The notes beneath the pieces are model-generated. The model was not told the origin of the DNA. It did not search any database and saw only the letters and a list, made by a program, of their open reading frames with translations. Of a DNA stretch of 64,000 nucleotides, positions 1-10,500 are shown in pieces. Each line of letters begins with the position of its first letter. Position 1 is the stretch's first letter. The translations under genes were made by a program, and so were the position numbers. Source of the DNA: an uncultured Chloroflexia bacterium (GTDB lineage: Bacteria; Chloroflexota; Dehalococcoidia; DSTF01; JALHUB01); NCBI GenBank assembly GCA_963726245.1, contig CAVSBT010000015.1, positions 96,001 to 160,000 on the forward strand, read 5' to 3'.

Positions 1-267
1 AACGCTAGCTTGAACCAGACGCTGGCGCGGTCCGTGAACACCTCGTTCACCGTGGTGCTGGTGCTGGTGGCCATGCTCCTGATGGGCGGCGTTACAATCC
101 GTGACTTCCTGCTCGTTCTCCTCATCGGCATTATCTCCGGTACATACAGCTCCATCTTCATCGCCAGCCAGTTGCTGGTCACCTGGGAGGAGAGGGACAT
201 CCAGCGGCTCTTCGGACGGTTCCTGCCCCGGCGTCGACGGGCGGCGCCGGTGGAGACAGAAGGGTAG
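1..267 (+). CDS. secF: Protein translocase subunit SecF, C-terminal part (truncated by window start)
   Basis: NQTLARSVNTS and GIISGTYSSIFIAS motifs with transmembrane segments, typical of the SecF C-terminus. Confidence 0.85.
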   Translation, partial: NASLNQTLARSVNTSFTVVLVLVAMLLMGGVTIRDFLLVLLIGIISGTYSSIFIASQLLVTWEERDIQRLFGRFLPRRRRAAPVETEG

Positions 268-297
268 ACCGCCGTCCGGCCCCTCGGAGAATGAAGC

Positions 298-664
298 ATG
301 CCTGGAGCGGGTTCTGAGCCTACCCGGTTTATGGACCGGGAGATCGAGAGTGGAGGCGACGGAGGACGCCCCGCGGCGGCCCGTAGCCTTCAAGGTCGGT
401 GGGCGCCGCTACGGCGTGGCCGAGGTGCTGAGCACCTGGGAGGACGAGGCGCCGGGCGCCACACGCGATTGGCGTCAGCGTCACGATCGCACCTTCTACC
501 GGCTACGGACCGACGAAGGCGACCTCTTCGACATCTACTACGATTGGAACGAGTCCCGCCGCCACCACCGCGACCGCTGGGTGCTGCACCGGCGCCTGTC
601 GACTGCCCCACCAGCAGCGTCTACGCCAGAGCCCCCGTCTGGAGAAGAGCCGCCCTCGGCCTAA
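298..664 (+). CDS. DUF6504-like small protein (one frameshift near 347)
   Basis: Joining ORF 298 (MPGAGSEPTRFMDREIE) to the 101..664 frame gives VEATEDAPRRPVAFKVGGRRYGVAEVLSTWED...FYRLRTDEGDLFDIYYD...WVL, a DUF6504-like pattern. Confidence 0.55.
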
Positions 665-683
665 GGGGCCATGAGCCTTCGCC

Positions 684-1523
684 CTACACCGCCCTCTCGA
701 TGACATCAGCGTAGAAGCCCCAGTACTCGCGGGGCAGCAGCCGCCCGATGGCCACCATTGTCTGCTCGCGCGCCAGGCGGTCGAGCTCCTCCTGCCCCCC
801 CGTGGCCGGCAGCTTCAGGCTGAAAGTGGGCCCAAACACGGCGGTGAGGGCGCCGTCGCGCTCCAGGAGACCGACGGGCAGGATCGGCAGGCCGCGGTCG
901 CTGATGATCTTCAGGAAGAGTCCCACGCCCGGTGTCGCCTCGACAAGCATGCCTTTGCCCCGGGCCTCCGGCATGAGGCCCAGGGGCTCGCCGGGGCGAC
1001 CGTCCCTGCCCTGGGCATAGGCGATGGCCTGGTGCAGGGCGGCGGCGCGCGCCATCACCTTCTCCGGCACACGGGGCATGACCACGAAACCGTACATGCG
1101 GGCGACGCGTCGGAAAGTCCAGCGCCAGAAGCCATCGGGCACGGGCAGGACGCCCAGTCGACGCCCGAACCACTCGCTGGTGATGATCCAGTGGATGTCC
1201 GGCGACTGCGGCCGCCGCTGCGCCACCACCTGGCTGACGTGCATGCCGGCGAAGTGGACATTCAGCCCCGGCCGCTCATAGTGGTTGGCGACCAGGACGA
1301 AGGGCCCCTGAGACGGGATGTTCTCCTCACCCTCCGCCTGCGGCCGCGGCCGGACGTCGCGCAGGGTCCAGCGGGAATCGCCGGCGAAGGAACGCCGCCG
1401 GCCGAGGAGCCAGTCAAGTGCCCAGAGGGCGAGGCCGATGCGCGGGAAGTGGTATACGTTGAGGGCGCCTCCGGCGGAGGCGGGGCCGTCGCTCACGGGT
1501 GGGCCGTCAGGAGCTTCCCTCAA
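684..1523 (-). CDS. Lysophospholipid/glycerol acyltransferase family protein (PlsC-like), start uncertain
   Basis: GEENIPSQGPFVLVANH, LMPEARG and LPILPVGL blocks match acyltransferase motifs. Confidence 0.7.
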   Translation of the reverse strand: MREAPDGPPVSDGPASAGGALNVYHFPRIGLALWALDWLLGRRRSFAGDSRWTLRDVRPRPQAEGEENIPSQGPFVLVANHYERPGLNVHFAGMHVSQVVAQRRPQSPDIHWIITSEWFGRRLGVLPVPDGFWRWTFRRVARMYGFVVMPRVPEKVMARAAALHQAIAYAQGRDGRPGEPLGLMPEARGKGMLVEATPGVGLFLKIISDRGLPILPVGLLERDGALTAVFGPTFSLKLPATGGQEELDRLAREQTMVAIGRLLPREYWGFYADVIERAV

Positions 1524-2082
1524 GGCGCAGGTAGAGGAAGAGGGCGGCTACGGACTTGGCGTCCTCCAACTCGCCGGTCTCGACCATGCGGAGGAGTTCC
1601 GCCAGCGGAAGCGCCAGCACCTGGATCTCCTCTTCGTCGCCGCCGCCGGCGGGGGCGGGCTCGAGGTCCGTGGCCAGGTAGGCATGAATGTACTCCGTGC
1701 TGTAGCCCGGCGAGACGAGAAACCGGCCTAGACGCCGGAGACGGCCGGGCCGGAAGCCGGTCTCCTCCTGCAGCTCGCGGGCGGCGCAGGCCTCCGGCTC
1801 CTCATCGCCGTCCAGAGTGCCGGCGGGCAGCTCCAGCAGAGGCCGGGCAATCGGATGGCGGTACTGGCGCACCAGCAGAATCTGACCCTCCGCGTCCACG
1901 GCGACGATGACGACGGCGCCGCTGTGCTCGACCACCTCTCGAACGGCCTCGCGGCCGCTGGGCATACGGACGCGGTCGACCCGCAACCTCACCACGGCGC
2001 CCTCATAGAGGCGGCGGCTGGACACGGTTTCCTCCGCGGTCAGGGGCGTGGGCTCAGGAGGCTGTTCGGAGGGAGCGTCCAT
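1507..2082 (-). CDS. NUDIX hydrolase (ADP-ribose pyrophosphatase-like)
   Basis: REVVEHSGAV, VRQYRHPI, ELPAG...ARELQEETG Nudix box and DAKS. Confidence 0.9.
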   Translation of the reverse strand: MDAPSEQPPEPTPLTAEETVSSRRLYEGAVVRLRVDRVRMPSGREAVREVVEHSGAVVIVAVDAEGQILLVRQYRHPIARPLLELPAGTLDGDEEPEACAARELQEETGFRPGRLRRLGRFLVSPGYSTEYIHAYLATDLEPAPAGGGDEEEIQVLALPLAELLRMVETGELEDAKSVAALFLYLRLEGSS

Positions 2083-2651
2083 CAGGAAACGGAATCGGCC
2101 GGATGGGCCCGGGCGGGCTGCTGTCCGCGGTCGGCCGCGTGGCCGCCTTCCAGATCGAGGACCATCGCTATCTCGTTGCAGCCGGGGAACTTGGGGCAGC
2201 GATAGCACTCGTTCCACACCTTACGAGGCAGGGTCATGACGTCCGCCTGGCGGAAGCCCAGCTTCTCGAAGAACGGGGGGCGGTAGGTCAGGGCGAAGAC
2301 GGTCTTCACACCGAGCGTCCGCGCCTCCTCCACGCACGCCTGCACCAGGACGACACCCAGGCCCTGAGCCTGACTCTCCTCGCGTACGGACAGGGATCTT
2401 ACCTCCGCCAGATCCTCCCACATGACATGCAGTGCCACGCAGGCCAGTATCTGCTGATCGTCGCGAATCACGAAGAAGTCACGCAGGTTCTCGTAGACCT
2501 CGGCCAGGCTGCGGGGCAGCATCTCGCCGCGCTGGGCGAAGTAGTTCACCAGGCTGAGGATCGAGGAGGCATCGCCGACGGTCGCCTTCTCGACCCGCAG
2601 GCGCGGCGCGACGGCGCCGCCTTTGCGTCGGGTCTCCGCCCGCGTGCTCAT
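2082..2651 (-). CDS. Short GNAT-type amino-acid N-acetyltransferase (ArgA-like)
   Basis: MLPRSLAEVYENLRDF, WEDLAEVRSL and LPRKVWNECYRCPKFPGCNEIAM. Confidence 0.85.
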   Translation of the reverse strand: MSTRAETRRKGGAVAPRLRVEKATVGDASSILSLVNYFAQRGEMLPRSLAEVYENLRDFFVIRDDQQILACVALHVMWEDLAEVRSLSVREESQAQGLGVVLVQACVEEARTLGVKTVFALTYRPPFFEKLGFRQADVMTLPRKVWNECYRCPKFPGCNEIAMVLDLEGGHAADRGQQPARAHPADSVS

Positions 2652-3574
2652 GGGCGCCCCCTGTCCTGGCGCGCCGGATCGGCCTGTCCGCCTGCCGGGC
2701 GGGCAGACGGCGACTCCTCGGGCTGCCGCACCCAGTTCAGGCGACGGGCCACGCGGGCGTAGAAGTCTGAGGGCGGGCTCAAGCGCAGAAAGCGGGCTAC
2801 GTGCGGGCTCAGCCGCACGTGCAGCGTCTGCGAGAGGGTGAGCTCGGGGCCGGGCTCTCCGTCGACGCTGACCATGGCCCGCTGGTCGGCTGCCATCGCC
2901 ACCTCCACCAGCGCCGTCGAAGGCAGGACCACAGAGTGCCGCTCTGCCAGGTGAGGCGCCACGGGAGTGACGACGATCTCCCTGCACTCCGGGTAGAGGA
3001 TGGGTCCGCCCAGGGCCAGGGAGTAGGCCGTGCTCCCCGTGGCTGTGGCCACGATGACGCCATCGGCGCGGTAGTCCGCGACCTTGATGCCGTCCGCCAG
3101 GACGGCGAGTTGGAGCAGGCGGGCGGCGCCGCCGCGGCTCACGACGACATCGTTGAGGGCGTTGTGACAGGACTCTTCCTCGCCCCAGACGACGCGGCCG
3201 CTGTCGACGGAGACGACGGCGGCCTGGAGCATGGTTCGCTCCTCGATCCGCCCCTGGCCACTCAGGACCTCGGTCAGACGGCCCATGACGGCGCCCTCGT
3301 CCATCTCGGTCAGGAAGCCGACACGCCCCATGTTCAACCCGAGGAGCAGAGTGCGGTGAGGACCCACGCAGCGGGCGGCGCGCAGCACGGTGCCATCGCC
3401 GCCTATGGACATCAGCAGGTCGGTGCCGGGGATCTGCGCCCTCATGAGCTCCTCGTCCCAAGCGGAGCTCACCCAGACGGCCTCGACCTCCCGTTCGAGC
3501 CGCAGACGCAGCTCGTCGGCCAGGGCGCGGCCCGCAGCCAGCTTCGGGTGGTAGCAGATGCCGATCTTCTTCAC
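2648..3574 (-). CDS. nadK: NAD kinase
   Basis: GGDGTVL, NMGRVGFL, ALND and DGVIVATATGSTAYSLALGGP motifs; GTG start at 3574. Confidence 0.95.
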   Translation of the reverse strand: MKKIGICYHPKLAAGRALADELRLRLEREVEAVWVSSAWDEELMRAQIPGTDLLMSIGGDGTVLRAARCVGPHRTLLLGLNMGRVGFLTEMDEGAVMGRLTEVLSGQGRIEERTMLQAAVVSVDSGRVVWGEEESCHNALNDVVVSRGGAARLLQLAVLADGIKVADYRADGVIVATATGSTAYSLALGGPILYPECREIVVTPVAPHLAERHSVVLPSTALVEVAMAADQRAMVSVDGEPGPELTLSQTLHVRLSPHVARFLRLSPPSDFYARVARRLNWVRQPEESPSARPAGGQADPARQDRGRP

Positions 3575-4335
3575 GACAGAACCTCGGCGGGGACGCCCAG
3601 CAGAAGGAAGAACTCCTTGTTGCCGGCCGGCCCCAGCAGTGGAGAGGTGGTCAGGCCGAGCAGGCGCAGACGGCGCCCAACGCACCAGGCGATGAGCCGG
3701 CCCAAGACGGCCGCATGCACCTGAGGGTCGCGCACCACGCCGCCCTTCCGCACCTCCTCTCGCCGCGCCTGGAACTGGGGCTTCACCAGCGCCACAATGC
3801 GCGCGCTGCCTCTCAGGACACTCACGATGGGCGGGACCACCTTCTCCAGCGAGATGAAGGACACGTCAACAGTCGCCAGGTCTACCTCTTGAGGCAGACC
3901 CGCCTGCCGGACGGGCAGGGCTTCCAGGTAGCGAACGTTCATCCCCTCCATCACCACTACCCGCGGGTCATTGCGCAGACGCCAGTCCAACTGGCCGCGC
4001 CCAACGTCGACCGCATAGACCCGCGCCGCGCCTCGCTGCAGGAGGCAGTCGGTGAAGCCGCCCGTCGACGCCCCCACGTCTATGACCGTTAGGCCGCCCA
4101 CGTCGAGCGCGAAGACATCCAGCGCGTGAGCCAGCTTCTCGCCGCCGCGGCTCACGTACTGAGGGCCGGCCAGCACCCGGATGTCGGCATCGAGCGCAAC
4201 GAGGGTTCCGGGCTTCAGGGCCGGTCTCTCGTCCACCACGACGGAGCCAGCCATGATGATGGCGCGCGCCTTCTCGCGGCTTTCGGCCAGGCCGCGCTGG
4301 AGAAGGAGGACATCCAGGCGGCTCCTGTCCGCCAT
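3571..4335 (-). CDS. tlyA: TlyA family rRNA 2'-O-methyltransferase
   Basis: S4-like N-terminus RLDVLL, YVSRGGEKL, DVGASTGGFTD, DVSFISL, LVKPQF and GNKEF. Confidence 0.95.
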   Translation of the reverse strand: MADRSRLDVLLLQRGLAESREKARAIIMAGSVVVDERPALKPGTLVALDADIRVLAGPQYVSRGGEKLAHALDVFALDVGGLTVIDVGASTGGFTDCLLQRGAARVYAVDVGRGQLDWRLRNDPRVVVMEGMNVRYLEALPVRQAGLPQEVDLATVDVSFISLEKVVPPIVSVLRGSARIVALVKPQFQARREEVRKGGVVRDPQVHAAVLGRLIAWCVGRRLRLLGLTTSPLLGPAGNKEFFLLLGVPAEVLS

Positions 4336-4385
4336 AGCTTCAGTATAGGAACGGCCCCTGCAAATGGCAAGGAAGCCGGGCTCGG

Positions 4386-4414
4386 TTGACGGGCCCAGGG
4401 GCGGCCCTTATCAT
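4386..4414 (+). promoter_or_regulatory. Sigma70-type promoter for the UbiA-family gene
   Basis: TTGACG-17 nt-TATCAT, ending 10 nt before ATG 4425. Confidence 0.5.
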
Positions 4415-4424
4415 CGGGGCAACG

Positions 4425-5438
4425 ATGGCGAACCAACGGCAGCGCTTCTCCGGCGCTCCCGCCCGCGTGGGCGCGTCCCCCGAGGCGGCGCCTCTCCGCT
4501 TGCCGGCCAGTCCAGGCGGGCCTTTGCTGGGAGCCGCCGGTTACCTGCGGTCCCTTGTCATCTCCATGCGACCCCGCCAGTGGACGAAGAACCTCATCGT
4601 CTACATGGCGCTCATCTTCTCCGTCGGCAGCGCCTGGCACGTCCGCCAGCCGGATACGTGGCTTCCGCTGCTGGGCAAGGCGAGTCTCGCCTTTGCCCTC
4701 TTCTGCCTCGTGTCGAGCGCCGACTACCTGGTGAACGACGTCCGCGACCGCGAGCAGGACCGCCTGCATCCCACCAAGAGTCGCCGGCCCGTGGCCGCGG
4801 GCGCCTTTCCGGCACGAGCGGCGCTGGCCTGCGCTCTTGTCCTTTCGCTGGTAGGACTGGGCGGCATGTTCGCCCTCGACCTGCGGGCCGGTGGGGTCGT
4901 GGCGGGCTACATCGCGCTTATGCTGGCCTACTCGTTCCACCTGAAGCACACGGTACTGCTCGACATCATGACTATTGCCGCGGGCTTCGTGCTGCGCGCC
5001 ATGGCCGGCGGCCTTGTCATCGAGGTGCCTATTTCGCCCTGGCTCTACGTGGTCACGGCCCTCGGCGCTCTCTTCCTGGCGATCAACAAGCGTCGCGCCG
5101 AGCTGGTTCTCTTGGAGGACCAGGCCAACCAGCACCGCGCCACTCTGGAGGAGTACACGCCCGACCTGCTGAACCAGCTCGCCGCCACGGTCACGGCCTC
5201 CACCCTCATCGCCTACGGCCTCTACACCTTCACCGCCGACAACCTGCCGAAGAATCACTCGATGATGCTGACCATCCCCTTTGTCCTCTACGGCATCTTC
5301 CGCTATCTCTTCTTGGTCCACGCCAAGAACCAGGGTGGCAGCCCGGAGGAGGTGCTGCTCAAAGACTGGCCCTTGCTCCTCGACATCCTGCTCTGGGTGG
5401 TGACTTCGCTGGTGATCCTCACCGTCTTCCGCGAGTAG
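4425..5438 (+). CDS. UbiA family prenyltransferase (decaprenyl-phosphate phosphoribosyltransferase-like)
   Basis: MRPRQWTKN, YLVNDVRDREQDRLHPTKSRRP, KRRAEL and GSPEEVLLKD; multi-TM. Confidence 0.9.
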   Translation: MANQRQRFSGAPARVGASPEAAPLRLPASPGGPLLGAAGYLRSLVISMRPRQWTKNLIVYMALIFSVGSAWHVRQPDTWLPLLGKASLAFALFCLVSSADYLVNDVRDREQDRLHPTKSRRPVAAGAFPARAALACALVLSLVGLGGMFALDLRAGGVVAGYIALMLAYSFHLKHTVLLDIMTIAAGFVLRAMAGGLVIEVPISPWLYVVTALGALFLAINKRRAELVLLEDQANQHRATLEEYTPDLLNQLAATVTASTLIAYGLYTFTADNLPKNHSMMLTIPFVLYGIFRYLFLVHAKNQGGSPEEVLLKDWPLLLDILLWVVTSLVILTVFRE

Positions 5439-6013
5439 CCAAGCAAAGTAGGGACGGAGGAAAAGAACGAGACGACGCTCAAGGGCACCAACGAGGCTGA
5501 CGAGACATGCGATGGCGGCAAGCCACGCGGCCACCGCGAGCGCCGCTGCGCCACGAAGAACAAGAGAGAGCGGATAACCGCAGCGAGGGCGAACAAGACA
5601 CCAGTGTGCGGCAAAAGGGAGCGCGGCGGCCGCGAGAGAGAGCGCGACAAGCCGAAGGTATCGCAGCGAGAGATCGAGTGCACGATGTTCCACAACAACG
5701 ACCGGCGAGCCTCCCGCCTCAACGCAGACGAGCGCGCGACTCAATGCACATAGGGAAGATGCTCCCGCACGACGTCAACCGCCACAACAGCGAATACGTG
5801 CGTGGCGAAATCCACACACAGGGCATCGAGCCTGGGCGACAGAAGCGCGGTCTGATCGGGACGACCACCGCGAGACGCGGGCTACCCGCGCAGACGCGCG
5901 GAGACGAGGCCGCCACAACACGCGGCACATAACCGATGTGGAGCGGGCTTCAGCTCCGTCCTTACGGCTTCGCTATTAGTGCCGGTCTGTCTCAATCTGT
6001 GGCAGGCAAGGGG

Positions 6014-6033
6014 AAGGCCCCTTTCGGGGCCTT
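6014..6033. terminator. Stem-loop downstream of clpX
   Basis: AAGGCCCC-TTTC-GGGGCCTT perfect hairpin ~30 nt past the clpX stop. Confidence 0.6.
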
Positions 6034-6063
6034 GCTTATCGAAGCGGGTTGGCGGGCGCGTCG

Positions 6064-7365
6064 TTAGGCCGATTCGTCTCTGATCTCGTCATCGCCGCCG
6101 GTCTCCACCACCTGGCCGGAGCGCGTCAGCATAATGGGCCGCGCCCGCCCCAGGATGGTGTCGGCGCTGACCACGCACTTCTTGACGTCTCCCCGCGAGG
6201 GGATCTCGTACATCACGTCCAGAAGCGTGTCCTCGAGCACGGTGCGCAGGCCGCGGGCCCCCGTCCTGTGGCGGATGGCTTCCTCGGCGCAGGACTCCAG
6301 CGCCTCCGGTGTCATGACCAGCTCCACGTTGTCGAGGGCGAAGAAGCGCTGGAACTGCTTGATCAGCGCGTTCTTGGGCTCGGTGAGGATGCGGACCAGG
6401 TCGCCCTTCTGTAGCGACTCCAGGCTCACCACCAGCGGCAGCCGCCCGACGAACTCAGGGATGAGGCCATACTGGAGGAGGTCATCATGGGTGACGTACT
6501 TCAGCAGCTCGTCGGAGAGCTCCTGGCCCGTCTTGTTGGCGAAGTCGGCGCGGAACCCCATGGACTTCCGGCTCTTGCTCAGGCGCCGGTCGACCACCTT
6601 GTCCAGCCCCTCGAAGGCGCCGCCGCAAATGAAGAGGATGTTGCAGGTGTTGATCTGAATGAAGTCCTGGTGGGGATGCTTGCGGCCCCCCTGAGGCGGC
6701 ACGTTAGCCACCGTGCCCTCGATGATCTTGAGGAGAGCCTGCTGGACGCCCTCGCCGGATACGTCTCGGGTGATGGAAGGGTTGTCGCTCTTGCGGGAGA
6801 TCTTGTCGATCTCGTCGATGTAGACGATGCCACGCTCTGAGCGCGAGATGTCGAAATCGGCAGCCTGAATGAGGTGAAGGAGGATATTCTCCACGTCCTC
6901 GCCGACATAGCCGGCCTCGGTAAGGGCCGTGGCATCGGCGATCGTGAAGGGAACGTCCAGGATGCGGGCCAGGGTACGGGCCAGTAGGGTCTTGCCGCAG
7001 CCGGTGGGCCCCAGGAGGAGGATGTTGCTCTTCTCCAGCTCGACTTCCCCACACCCGCTGCCGGCAGAGATGCGCTTGTAATGGTTGTAAACGGCGACGG
7101 AGAGGACTTTCTTCGCCTGCTCCTGGCCGATGACGTACTCGCCTAGCTGCTGGTAGATGGTTTTGGGGGGAGGTGTGCGCTCCGCGCCGGCCTTCGGCTT
7201 GCCGACGCCCGCCGCCTCCTCGTCGATGATCTCGCGGCAGAGCTCGACGCACTCATCACATATGTAGACGGCGCCGGGACCGGCAATGAGCCGCTTTACC
7301 TGGTCCTGGTTCTTGCCGCAAAAGGAGCAGTGGTAGAGGACGCGGCTACTGCGGCTGTTGGCCAT
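6064..7365 (-). CDS. clpX: ATP-dependent Clp protease ATP-binding subunit ClpX
   Basis: CSFCGK...ICDEC zinc finger, [29 protein letters not shown] and TGARGLR. Confidence 0.98.
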   Translation of the reverse strand: MANSRSSRVLYHCSFCGKNQDQVKRLIAGPGAVYICDECVELCREIIDEEAAGVGKPKAGAERTPPPKTIYQQLGEYVIGQEQAKKVLSVAVYNHYKRISAGSGCGEVELEKSNILLLGPTGCGKTLLARTLARILDVPFTIADATALTEAGYVGEDVENILLHLIQAADFDISRSERGIVYIDEIDKISRKSDNPSITRDVSGEGVQQALLKIIEGTVANVPPQGGRKHPHQDFIQINTCNILFICGGAFEGLDKVVDRRLSKSRKSMGFRADFANKTGQELSDELLKYVTHDDLLQYGLIPEFVGRLPLVVSLESLQKGDLVRILTEPKNALIKQFQRFFALDNVELVMTPEALESCAEEAIRHRTGARGLRTVLEDTLLDVMYEIPSRGDVKKCVVSADTILGRARPIMLTRSGQVVETGGDDEIRDESA

Positions 7366-7407
7366 CTCTAGCTACCCTCTCGGCCATCCTTCCCAGCCCG
7401 ACGGTGC

Positions 7408-8010
7408 CTATTGTGTGGGCGTGGATAGGATCTCGTCAACGATGCCGTACTCCTTGGCCTGCTGGGCATCCATGTAAAAGTCGCGGTCGGTGTCGCGGGC
7501 TATGCGTTCAGTCGACTGACCGGTGTGCTTGGCCAGGATGTCTCGGATGATCTGCTGCTCGCGCAGGATCTCCTTGGCAGCAATGGCGATGTCGGACGCC
7601 TGGCCGGTGGCGCCGCCCCTCGCCTGGTGCATGTGGACCGTGGCGTTGGGCATGGCGAAGCGCTTGCTCGGCGTGCCCGAGCACAATATCACAGTGGCGA
7701 AGCTGGCCGTCATGCCCACGCAATACGTGGCTATGTCGGGCCGCACCAACTGCATGGTATCGTAGATGGCCAGCCCGGCAGGGACGATGCCCCCCGGCGA
7801 ATGTATGTACATGTTGATGTCTTTTTCGGGGTCTTCCCGCTCCAGGTAGAGGAGCTGGGCGATGATCAAGTTCGCAATCTGGTCGTCGATGGGCGTGCCC
7901 AGGAAGATGATGCGTTCCCGCAACAGCAGAGAGTAGATGTCGAAGGCGCGCTCGCCCCGGGCGCCCGTCTCGATGACCATCGGGATGATGTTCTCGGTCC
8001 TCAAGTCCAT
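7408..8010 (-). CDS. clpP: Clp protease proteolytic subunit
   Basis: [28 protein letters not shown] (catalytic Ser), MHQ and DRDF. Confidence 0.97.
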   Translation of the reverse strand: MDLRTENIIPMVIETGARGERAFDIYSLLLRERIIFLGTPIDDQIANLIIAQLLYLEREDPEKDINMYIHSPGGIVPAGLAIYDTMQLVRPDIATYCVGMTASFATVILCSGTPSKRFAMPNATVHMHQARGGATGQASDIAIAAKEILREQQIIRDILAKHTGQSTERIARDTDRDFYMDAQQAKEYGIVDEILSTPTQ

Positions 8011-8104
8011 GAGTTTACACCTCTGGGCTCCGCTCCCATAATACTAACGCTGACGACACCAGGACGTATCATGTCACGCCCGCTTCCCACGGCAGGAGGC
8101 CGTC

Positions 8105-9463
8105 TCAGGAAGGCTCACCCTCCTCTTCTGATTCTGAAGGGGCCGGGCTCTCTTCCCCCTCGCCGTCCGCAGCGCTCTCGCCCGAGGCGATGCTCTCCAG
8201 ACGGTCCAGCGTCGTGCGGGTCAGCAGCCGGCGCTTCAGGGCGTTGCGACCATCGGCTTCGGCAAAGAAACGGCGCACCCCTTCGCTCTGGGGGCCCGCC
8301 GACGAGACCAGCCTCTCGACCTCCTGGTCGATCTCAGCATCGCTCACATCTATATTCTCGGCTTCCGCCACCTGAGTCAATATAAGGGAGCGCCGCACTC
8401 TCTCCAAGGCCAGAGGCCTTAGCTCCTGTCGCAGTTCTTCCTCGGACTTGCCCTGCGACTTCAGGTAGCGATCCACGTCAGCCGCATTGCCGGCCCGACC
8501 GCCCGCGGCCATCTGCTCGTCGCGCAGGAGCCGCTCCACCTCCCGATCGACGAGAACCGGCGGGAACTCGAGTGTGGCCCTCTCCTCCAGGGCGGACAGA
8601 ACCTGATCGTGATAGGTGTGGCGGGCCTCCTCCTCCTCGAACTGGCGGATGTCCGCCTCTACGCGCTCGCGGAGGGCCGCCAGGGATGTGAATCCTTCAC
8701 CTACCTGGCGGGCGAAGCTGTCGTCCAGAGCGGGAAGCTTCTCCTCTTTGATCTCGTGGATGATGACGCGGTAGCGCACCGTCTTGCCGGCCACCCTCTG
8801 GTCGGCGAAATCAGCCGGCACGGGAACCTCCACCTCAGTCTCTGCTCCCTTGGCAAGCCCGAGGAGCCGCTCTGCGAAGCCAGGCAGGGAGACCGTCTGC
8901 CCCTCACGGAGCTGGAATTCCGCGTCCTTCTGGTCGACGATGCTGATATCATCGGCAGCGCCCGCGATGTCGGCGCGTAGCACGTCGCCCCACTTCACGG
9001 GCCGGTCGACGGGCTCCCACGTGGCGTAGCGATGACGCAGGTCCTCGAGCGTCTGCTCCACCCGCTCCTCCGGGACTTCCACGGGCTCGCGGGGAACGCG
9101 CACCTGGCGGTAGTCGTCGAGCTCGACGGTGGGGCGCACGGGAACGGTGGCCTTCACCACCAGGGGCTCCGTGGTCACCACCTCCAGCTCCGGCAGATCG
9201 ATGGGCTCCACGTCTTCCTGGCGCGCCGCCTCCTGATAGACCTCGGGCACGAGGCGGTCCAGGGCCTGGCGCATGAGGGCGTCGCGGCCGAGGTAGCGCT
9301 CGAGCATGGTGCGAGGCGCCTTGCCGGGGCGGAAGCCCGGCACGCGCGTCCTGTTCACCAGTTGGCGATAGGCGCGATCGAGTGCCTTCTCCACCCTCTC
9401 GGGCTCGACCTCAATCTCCAGGACGACTTGGCTGTCGGGGATCTTCTGGGCGGAAACCTTCAC
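8105..9463 (-). CDS. tig: Trigger factor
   Basis: VPGFRPGKAP signature; GTG start 9463 with TGTATAAT upstream; tig-clpP-clpX order. Confidence 0.95.
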   Translation of the reverse strand: MKVSAQKIPDSQVVLEIEVEPERVEKALDRAYRQLVNRTRVPGFRPGKAPRTMLERYLGRDALMRQALDRLVPEVYQEAARQEDVEPIDLPELEVVTTEPLVVKATVPVRPTVELDDYRQVRVPREPVEVPEERVEQTLEDLRHRYATWEPVDRPVKWGDVLRADIAGAADDISIVDQKDAEFQLREGQTVSLPGFAERLLGLAKGAETEVEVPVPADFADQRVAGKTVRYRVIIHEIKEEKLPALDDSFARQVGEGFTSLAALRERVEADIRQFEEEEARHTYHDQVLSALEERATLEFPPVLVDREVERLLRDEQMAAGGRAGNAADVDRYLKSQGKSEEELRQELRPLALERVRRSLILTQVAEAENIDVSDAEIDQEVERLVSSAGPQSEGVRRFFAEADGRNALKRRLLTRTTLDRLESIASGESAADGEGEESPAPSESEEEGEPS

Positions 9464-9531
9464 TCCGAGCGCCTCTAAGTCTGAATTATACACGAGCCCT
9501 GGATTCGGCGATAGGCGCTGGCGGAGGCCGC

Positions 9532-10499
9532 CTATCGCGCCCGAGGCGTCAGGACGTCGGTGAGGGCATCGCCCAGGAGGTTGAAGGCGAAGATGAGCGC
9601 GGCTACCACGCCCCCAGGGACCAGCAGCAGTTGCGGGTGAGCCTGGAGGGTGCGGATGGACCCTCCCTCGAACAGCATGGCGCCGAAGCTGGGCGTGGGG
9701 GGATGGATGCCGACCCCGAACCAGGTGAGGGCGATCTCGGTGCCGGCGATGGCCCCCAGGCCGGCGGAGAGGCTGACGATGATGATGTTGCTCACGTTGG
9801 GCAGAAGGTGCCGGAAGATGATCCTCCAGGTGGAGGCGCCCATGGCCCGCGCTGCCTCCACGTACTCTGTCTCGCGCAGGGCCAGGATCTGAGAGCGGAT
9901 GACGCGCGCGCCGCCCACCCAGGCGAAAAGGGAGAGGGCGCCAAAGATGAGGATGTAGTCCGCTAGGCCGTCCACCCGCAGCCAGTCCTGCAGGTCCTTG
10001 ATCCACGCCTGATCCGCCACGCGCGGCTTGAGGGCTGGCGTTGATCAGGATGAGCATGGGCAGGCCGGGGAGGGCGAAGAACACGTCGCCCACGCGCATG
10101 ATCGACCGTGTCCACCTTGCCGCCCATGTAGCCCGCCAGGAGCCCCAGCGAGACCGAGAGCACGAGCCCTCCGGTCACCAGCGTGGCGATGGTCACGATC
10201 ACAGTGGTGCGCGAGGCCCAGATGACGCGGCTCAGCACGTCGCGCCCCAGGCTGTCGGTGCCCAGGGGATGAGCCAGGCTGGGGCCCTGGAAAACGCTGT
10301 CCAGGTTCTGATCGGTGTAGCTGTGCGGGGCCACCAGCGGGGCGAAGAGCCCGCAGAAGTAGAAGACGGCGATGAAGATCAGCGCCAGGACGGCGATCTT
10401 CTTGCGCAGCAGACGGCGGAACGCCAGCCCCAGAGGGCTGTGCCTGGCGCCGAGCGCCCGCTCGTCCGGCGTGTCGATGGCCGCCTGCGCTTCCGTCAT
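9532..10499 (-). CDS. Oligopeptide/dipeptide ABC permease (OppC-like), frameshifted
   Basis: HPLGTDSLGRDVLSR, EYVEAARAMGAS, HLLPN and FNLLGDAL spread over three frames. Confidence 0.85.
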
Positions 10500-10500
10500 G

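Noticed and set aside
4215-5932. ORFs 4215..5744 (-) and 5507..5932 (+) as real genes
   Set aside because: The first is mostly the antisense shadow of the UbiA gene; neither has recognisable motifs or host-like codon usage in the 5440-5930 part
8105-10099. Long fused ORFs such as the 664-aa tig, 459-aa GNAT and 839-aa comEC translations
   Set aside because: Extensions come from stop-poor GC-rich alternative frames and frameshifts; real starts are internal
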